A DNA stretch of 64,000 bases, from the NCBI GenBank assembly GCA_034226945.1, contig CP120455.1, forward strand, positions 1,116,001 through 1,180,000. Direction: 5' to 3'. The stretch comes from Picochlorum sp. SENEW3. Lineage: Eukaryota. The position numbers and the translations under genes are program-made. The notes beneath the pieces are model-generated. The model ran no database searches, was not told where the DNA came from, and worked only from the letters and a program-made list of their open reading frames with translations. Shown here in pieces: positions 57,073 through 64,000 of the stretch (its first letter is position 1; each line of letters starts with the position of its first letter).

Positions 57073-60000
57073 TTACAACACCCGTTGAATAAAATCTTTG
57101 CTGTGCTGTGCTGAGGCACTCATGAGGATTGCACTAATCCCACTCAAACCACACAAGACCTTCACGGCATCAATCTCAGAAATAAATACACCAGATGTTG
57201 CCAATATGCCCGTAAGGATTGGTGTCCAGAACTTCTGCTGCCTTTGTGTCCATAAATAATCTAGTGTCTCCAGTAAGGAAGGAAGGCATAGCAAAATTGC
57301 ACCCACATTGAAGACAAGGGTTGCCACATCTATATCGAGAGAAATGCCCTCATCGATTGAGAAGGCTTCACGAATGACTGCACCGATAGCAGTTATGGTC
57401 AAAATCCCACAAGCTGCTGCATATGGAGGGAAATACCTCCGTTTGTCCGCCAATCCACGCAACAGGAAGGAATCTTGGCTCAACAAGAGCAAGATAGAAC
57501 ATAGAATCGGCACCATCAGTGATGCATGCTCTCCTCCCAAGGCATTGCTCACCCACAAGCATGCTGAAAAGCAAAACACTGTCAAAATATTGCAAGCCTC
57601 TGGAAGATAGGACATGCCAATATTTGTAAGCTTTTGATGATGCTTTCCTGCAAGACTCCCAACTGTGGCCTCGTTGACAGCCGAGGGAACATACCCTCCT
57701 AAGAATTCCGCAGCTTTGTCGATATACATGGCGTCTGAAGCCATTCCAAGCATACTACTGGATGCAGCTGCTGCTCTCCCTTTGGAAACACCGAGACGCA
57801 ATTTTGCTGCAAAACTCAGAATCAGCGCTTCGGCTGCAAAACAAGCAATCAAATATGTGCGAATAGTTTGCCACCTTAGACTATCTAATGCGATGCCCTC
57901 TGCAATATCAGGATGTAATCGGACCATGTCCTGAGGTAAAGGAGGCAGCCTTGACACGGAGAGTACAAAAAGCGATCCAGGGAAAGATCCAAACCAGCAA
58001 ATGCAGAGTAGAGGCAACAAAATTGCAGAGCCTCTGCTTGGAACAGACAGCAGGACGATCATGAATGCTACCAGTAAAGAGGAGGCGACGATTGTTGCTT
58101 GCAGAACTTGCATGCCTGGGAAGAATTCAAGAGCCATATAGCCTCCGATCAACAGTCCAGAGAGCCCAGCTTGGATCAATCTGAAGGGAGCAAACGAAAC
58201 ACTCTTCGATATTTTTGACGTCGCTGCTAATACTCCAAAGAATGATGCCACTACGACGAGCCACAGTGGCCAATGCTCTCTCCTTCTGAGCCCGTCACCA
58301 TACACAGCAACATCATCCTGCTCACGCCGTGGGGTGTGAGAAGCATCCCATAACCTGGGACACAAAGCCAGCGGCAGCTTAGGACATTCAGCTCCCCCCT
58401 TGATAGGAAGAGGTGGTCTGAGCAAAATTAACAAGAGCCCAAAAGACCCAATCAGTACGGCTGCTCTCCTGGGGCCCTCGTATTGCGCGTAGTATGCATT
58501 GATCATTGGCAAAAGACCCACTGCAATGGCAAGTAATAGAGACCCGGCAGCAAGAGCTTCCGAAGGTTTGCGGTCCAACACGATGTGGAGAGCATCAAAG
58601 ATAGCAAATCGAGCTGCTGCTACGGCAAGAATCACACAGAATGCCATACCAAGGCCTTTCCAGGGCTCCAGTGTTGTAGCAGCCCTGGCATCTCCTTTCT
58701 TAGGACCCAAGAACAATGGATGTAGACATGCTAGAGCATATCCAACCACTGGAATTGCCATTCGACTTTCTGGTACAAACAGCATTGAAATTTTGGCACC
58801 ATATATGCACTCAAGTACGAAAGCAGTTGCATTGCTGATCCGATTTGCTTCGCCCATTTTCCTGGCAAGAATAATACCAATGACTGTGGTTGCAATCACT
58901 AACGATGCTGGAAACATTGGATGCACATTATATGTCAACTCCTCGTAATCTCCTGCGGACAAATGCTCCTCTAGAATAGCCAAGATGACCGCTTGCATAA
59001 CAAGAAGAGGCCCAGAGCCTGGTAATTTGGCCATCAGCAGACCTGGCACAACTACAGCAGGAATCATTGCCGCAAATATCAAAGAGCATATAACTTTAAG
59101 GCTCATTCCGTCTAATTTGATGTCTAAAAACCAGAAATGCTGCCAAAGAAACCAAGCACAAGTGCATAGACCCCCAATCACCACAAGGCCATAATCCCTC
59201 AGAGCTCTGCTTTCAAAATACAAGGCAACACCAGCAGCTCCAATCAAAGGAGCTGGCAATGCCCAAATCGGCAAACCCAAGACAAGGCTACCAATGGCGG
59301 TACTAATCATCACCACGGGGCCAAGGATGACAGCTGCAGTCTCCTCCCCCATCATCCCTGACAAGAGCAGCAGGACAACCGCCCCAAATCCATACGTCGC
59401 TACAGTGATGGCAATATAACTCCACGGAGGTGCAAGTTTTAAATACTGGCCAAAGGAGTGGAAAACTATCCTCCCCTCAACGCCAGATAAAGCACCAGCA
59501 AGGGAGACGAGCACAAGGATTCTTCTCATAGCATTTGCAACGGGACCATCCCCCATCCACCAAAGACCTTGAGGAATAGATGACATGAATAGTATGGGCC
59601 CAAAAACTAACAATAGAACTGCCCACAAGTGCGTCCAAGACATGATGACAGCATTATGTGCTGCAACATATACAAACGCTGGCATGCTGAGAGCAAAAAA
59701 GAAGGACAATAATCCATCCAATGGTTTCTGCACGCTTCCCAAATGTGCTGGTGCCCCTCCTGTGGACACACTATGCGGCGATATGTAAAATGACGACGAT
59801 AATGGTCTCGCAAAAAGAGCATACATGCCACACAAGATCAATGCTGTAATGTATGGAGCTGTCGCAATGCCATTGTGAACAATGAGACCTAGATACATCA
59901 CCGCGCCCGCGGTAGGGAGACAGCTGGTAAGCAACATTTTCTCAAAGGCCACAACAACTGCTGGATACTGTAGCTGTATCCACTTAAATTGCAGTGTTGC

Positions 60001-60236
60001 CCAACACCCAGTGAGAAACAACACCCCTGAACTAATCAGGAGACCCAACACCGCCACCATAATGCTGTACTCGTTATCCAAAAATAACGTGCTGTATCCC
60101 ATGGCCAAATTTGACAGCGCCAGTGACATCCATACAGCCAAAAAGGACCCCTCTTTGTATCGCATAGCATCCATGACGTACGCAAGCATTGAACCCGTCT
60201 GCAAACAAGCATCCCCAGTTATCGCAACCCCCGACC

Positions 60237-60268
<32 letters not shown>

Positions 60269-60490
60269 ATAATACAAGCGTACAATTAAAACTCCAGCCA
60301 CAGCAGGGCCACCATACCCAACCAAAACTAGCAAACTTGTCAGCAACACTGCTGCCACCCGCCCATTGTATTTGAACGATTTTGGAGTGAACTTTCCTCG
60401 CAACGCAGGCTCTCGGGACCCCCTCTGAAGGCTAGACTGAGATTGTCCAGATACAGAGGGAGGTCGCAAATATGCTGCACTGCCGTACAT
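57073..60490 (-). CDS. NEF1: NO EXINE FORMATION 1 (NEF1)-like polytopic membrane protein; 2 exons
   Basis: FTPKSFKYNGRVA...GGPAVAG + intron 60283-60199 + LAYVMDA...F.AVW.SL; WATLQFKWIQ..YP.VV.A.E; CPKLP..LCPRLWD. All resemble Arabidopsis NEF1. Confidence 0.85.
60237..60268. repeat. (GAT)10 microsatellite within the NEF1 intron
   Basis: Directly visible perfect trinucleotide run. Confidence 0.95.
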
Positions 60491-60925
60491 GGCTGGTTCA
60501 CAATATGCTATCACGTCCTTTTCTTCAGGAGAAGAGAAATACTGCCACCTTCTCTGCCAATCCTCTCGCTGAGCCAATCACCCAGTCCTATCAAAATTCC
60601 AACTTGTAAATGAATATTCTTGATACAGTCAGCAGGGCAAACAAAGGACAATTGAACTTGTGATCCGCTACCCGACAACACTCGTCAGACACCCACGGCG
60701 CCGATGTGCATTATCACCTGATGCAGATTAGATGATTATTTTTACAGTATAGTTTACTCCTTTTCTGAAGACACATGAGGTTTCAGATGCATGGAGAACT
60801 CAAAGTTCTCAATTTAAATAGATTTAGTACAATTGCCTCATCGTACATGTACCAAGGCAACTTCTGTGCTTCCTGGCACAAGTATTGTATGTTCAGTATG
60901 TACCATAGGCATTGAAGACATAGTC

Positions 60926-62558
60926 ATGCGTTTCTTCGCCGTGGTGCTTCCTTGTGCCTTGCTGGTGGCACTTGGAGGTTTCTTGGAGGTTTCTCGGAGA
61001 GTTTATGTGCCTCAAATATGGAATGGGATGTATGAAAAAGTATATGATAGTGTAGTGTGGCTTCCAGAGTCTGACGAAAGTGTTGCGGAAAGGTTTGATG
61101 GAACTCTGGGTCGGGTGGGTGTCCAAGTCTACATGTTGAATTTGACCAATGTTGATGCTGTGAGGCATGGCAGCAGGGCACGGGTGGAGAGGATAGGGCC
61201 ATATGTGTTCCGAAAGAGTAAGAAGAGGGCTCGTGTGTCGTGGTTGGAAGGCGATGAGATGGTTGAGTTTACAGAGGGTATAGGGTATGAGTTTGTGGGT
61301 GAGGAGTCGGTGGGCAACTTGACAGATGTGGTTCATACCCTGAACATTCCCCTGGTTGGTGCGATAGAGCTGGTTATGGCTCGATCTCCTTCTCGAATGT
61401 CGCGTTTGTTTCAACTGGTGATTCAGCTGATTGAACGGTGGAGTGATCCTAGGGTTAAAGGGATCTTCATGTGCCGGACAGTGGAGGAGTTGCTCTTTGG
61501 GTATGATGACCCGCTGCTTTCGAAACTATCCCATTTTGTCCCTGGAATCAATTCTCACTTCTCTCTTTTACACAACATGACTGCCGAGGAAGGATATTTG
61601 ATGAAGATGAAGACGGGAAAAGGTGATATAGATGCTGCGACGGAACTCACCGTGTGGAATGGTGTATCCGAGATTTCCGCATGGGAATCTGCTGAGATAG
61701 TCCGAGGAACTGATGGGAGACAGTTTCCTCCTGCAATGAGTAAAGCCCTCGGCGAGGTGGACAATGTCACACACAATAGAGTATGGGTTGCTGAGGCATA
61801 CCGCTCAGTGAAGATCTTCTCAGATGGAACTCCTGGAGACAGTGGGCGCCTCAAATCTCTTCGGTATTTGCCTGACGATGCCGTATTTTCCACTAGTACC
61901 AAGTATCATCAGAATATCAGGGGGCTTTTTAATATATCCAGTCCTATTAACGCAGGAATACGAGGAAGGAAAATGGATGTGGGACCAAAACTATTCTTGT
62001 CCCTCCCGGGTTTCTGCAACGTCGATGCTCTAGCATCCACATCTGTAGATGGAATTCAGTGTGACGCTGATCCAAAAGATCAAATATATTTGGATGTTGG
62101 TACGTTGTATCTTGAGAATGAAGTGACATTGCATCAGAAGGTTTCTCATCATCATGCTGTGTTTGTTTGCTTTTTTTGCAGAGCCAATGTCGGGCATTAC
62201 CGTAAATGCAAAGAAGTCTTTAATGTTGAGTGTATGGTTTGGGGACTCGTATAATGCTGTGGAGCCAAAGATTGTCAATGATACCTTCCTCCCTGTCTTG
62301 GAAGTGACTGAGCACTCCCAGGCATCAGATACAGATTTAAAGAGGCTCTCATCGTTGCAAACTGGAATAGCATTGTGCATCACAATGATTCGATACTCGC
62401 AGATGTGGAGTGTTGTCTGTGTCTTGCTGGGAGTAAGCATGATGATTGCTGCCATGATGTACCCAAAGGCCAAGGATAACCAAAGATCGTGGCAGGAAGA
62501 GGATGCGATCGAACAAGGTGATACAGATGCACTCCTCGCCGACGATAATGATACCTAG
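60926..62558 (+). CDS. CD36/scavenger receptor class B-like membrane glycoprotein; at least 2 exons
   Basis: N- and C-terminal TM segments; YMLNLTN, IGPYVF, TVEELLFGYDDPLL, VRGTDGRQFPP, FLSLPGF. Intron 62100-62181 restores LDVEPMSG. Confidence 0.88.
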
Positions 62559-62791
62559 AGTACTTTTGGTTTGGTATACACATTTTTTTGTTGACTCTTT
62601 AATATGACAATTTTTGAACAATGTAGCACTGCATGCCAAATCCCCTTCTCCAAGGATCTCCGATGCACTACCCCAGGGCAGCATTAATAATTAGCATATT
62701 TACCTCTCAGTGACTTTGGTAGCATTGTGCGCGGGGCGGAATAGGGGGAGAGGTGAACACTGTGTTGATTTCCCACATTTCTCTCGCTGCG

Positions 62792-64000
62792 ATGAGTACT
62801 CTTATCGATCAACTGCGCCAGCAGGTTGCTGAAAACCCATATGAGTATCAAAATTGGGAGAACTTGTTAAGAGAGGTCGGCAAAGGGCCAAGGAGCGAAG
62901 AGCAGATTGTGGCCCTCCGAGAGGTCTATGAAAATATTGTGGCCATTTTCCCAACAACGGTGCGTCGCCTATTAGCAATAATATACACATGTCCCATCTC
63001 TTTGAGCCATATACCATGCCTGATCGCCCATGCAGTGTGCATATTGGAAGGATTACTGTGAGTTTGAGATTGAAAACGGAGACGAGGCAATTGTGAAGAG
63101 TCTCTTTGGCAAATGCCTTTTGCTATGCTTGGATATAGACTTGTGGAAGATGTATGTGGGTTACATTCGGTCATTGAATGCCGATCGAGAGGATAGTCCT
63201 GAAGGAATCATGGAGGTGAAGACGTGTCTTGAATTTGCTCTTGAGCAAGTAGGACAGGATGTGAGGGCAGGAGAGCTGTGGCAAGAATATTTTGACCTCC
63301 TACAATCTGTTCAAGAAGATTCTCCTGCCTATGAAAAGGTCTTTGGCGAGGCTGTAGAGGGTCAGGCCGATGCAGCAAAGACAGCAGCTCTGCGAAGAGG
63401 AATGCACAAAGCATTGAACATCCCGACCACCTCCCTTGACGCGATATGGAGCATGTATGAACAGTTTGAGAATAGCTTAGGTAATAAAACTCTATCAAAG
63501 AGATCTTTAGATGAATGGAGGCCGAAGTATCACGCTTCCAAAGCCGTGAGCAATGAAAGATGGTCCCTAGTGGAAAGCTTGGACACCAAAATGTTGCCAT
63601 TACCTCCTGGAAAGGGCGGCCACCATCAGCTGGAAGAAGCCCAGAAGTGGAGAAAATACTGCCATTGGGAATTCGATAATCCAGGAGAAGCAGATAGACC
63701 AACGCATCAAGCTCGTATCGTTTTGGCGTATGAACAGAGCCTCAGTTATCTCATACAATTCCCTGATGTGTGGCTAGACTATGCCTCGTGGCACATGAGT
63801 GAGACTGGAATGGGTGCAGAATCTGCGATAGCAGTATTAAATAGAGGGCGTGAAGCACTGCCCGCAGCCTTGGTATTGCACTTCGAGGTTGCAGACTTGC
63901 ACGAACAAATGGGAAACATTGACAAGGCTCGTTCCATATATGAAGAGGTTGTGGCCGAAGACTCTGAAGAAGAGGCCGAGGAGAAGGCGCGAACTAACGA
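62792..64000 (+). CDS. CSTF77: Cleavage stimulation factor 77 kDa subunit (CstF77/RNA14), partial
   Basis: REVYE.IV..FPT + intron 62960-63035 + YWKDYCEFE; LFGKCL, LWKMYVGYI, FALEQVGQD, W.KY..WE.DNP, AYEQSL, PDVWLDYA.W. Confidence 0.9.

Noticed and set aside
60199..60285. Poly-Ser, poly-Ile or poly-Asp tracts near the NEF1 N-terminus
   Set aside because: Translations of an intronic GAT microsatellite.

Overview
Eukaryotic nuclear DNA from a very gene-dense green alga, most likely a trebouxiophyte such as Picochlorum. This is inferred from the plant-type MET1, NEF1, SOS1-like and TOM5 genes, short GT-AG introns of about 65-130 nt, TGTAA poly(A) signals and intergenic gaps often under 60 nt. 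About 35 protein-coding genes can be modelled. Several need manual splicing and are missed or split by the ORF track (ATX1, TOM5, COA6, THG1, a HAD phosphatase, IleRS, NEF1, CD36-like). No rRNA, tRNA, CRISPR array or transposon was recognised. The most notable observations are: (1) two small cytochrome c oxidase assembly-factor ORFs (COA6, PET100), each only 28-50 nt upstream of an unrelated co-oriented gene and almost free of internal ATGs, the signature of leaky-scanning bicistronic mRNAs; (2) a well-formed orphan box C/D snoRNA candidate in the long third intron of IleRS; (3) tandem FAD lactone-oxidase paralogs with near-identical blocks flanking a diverged middle; (4) a trypsin-like gene broken by a single extra A; (5) a large secreted extensin-like protein with an unnamed repeated module; (6) a CaaX-tailed PP1-docking-motif protein.
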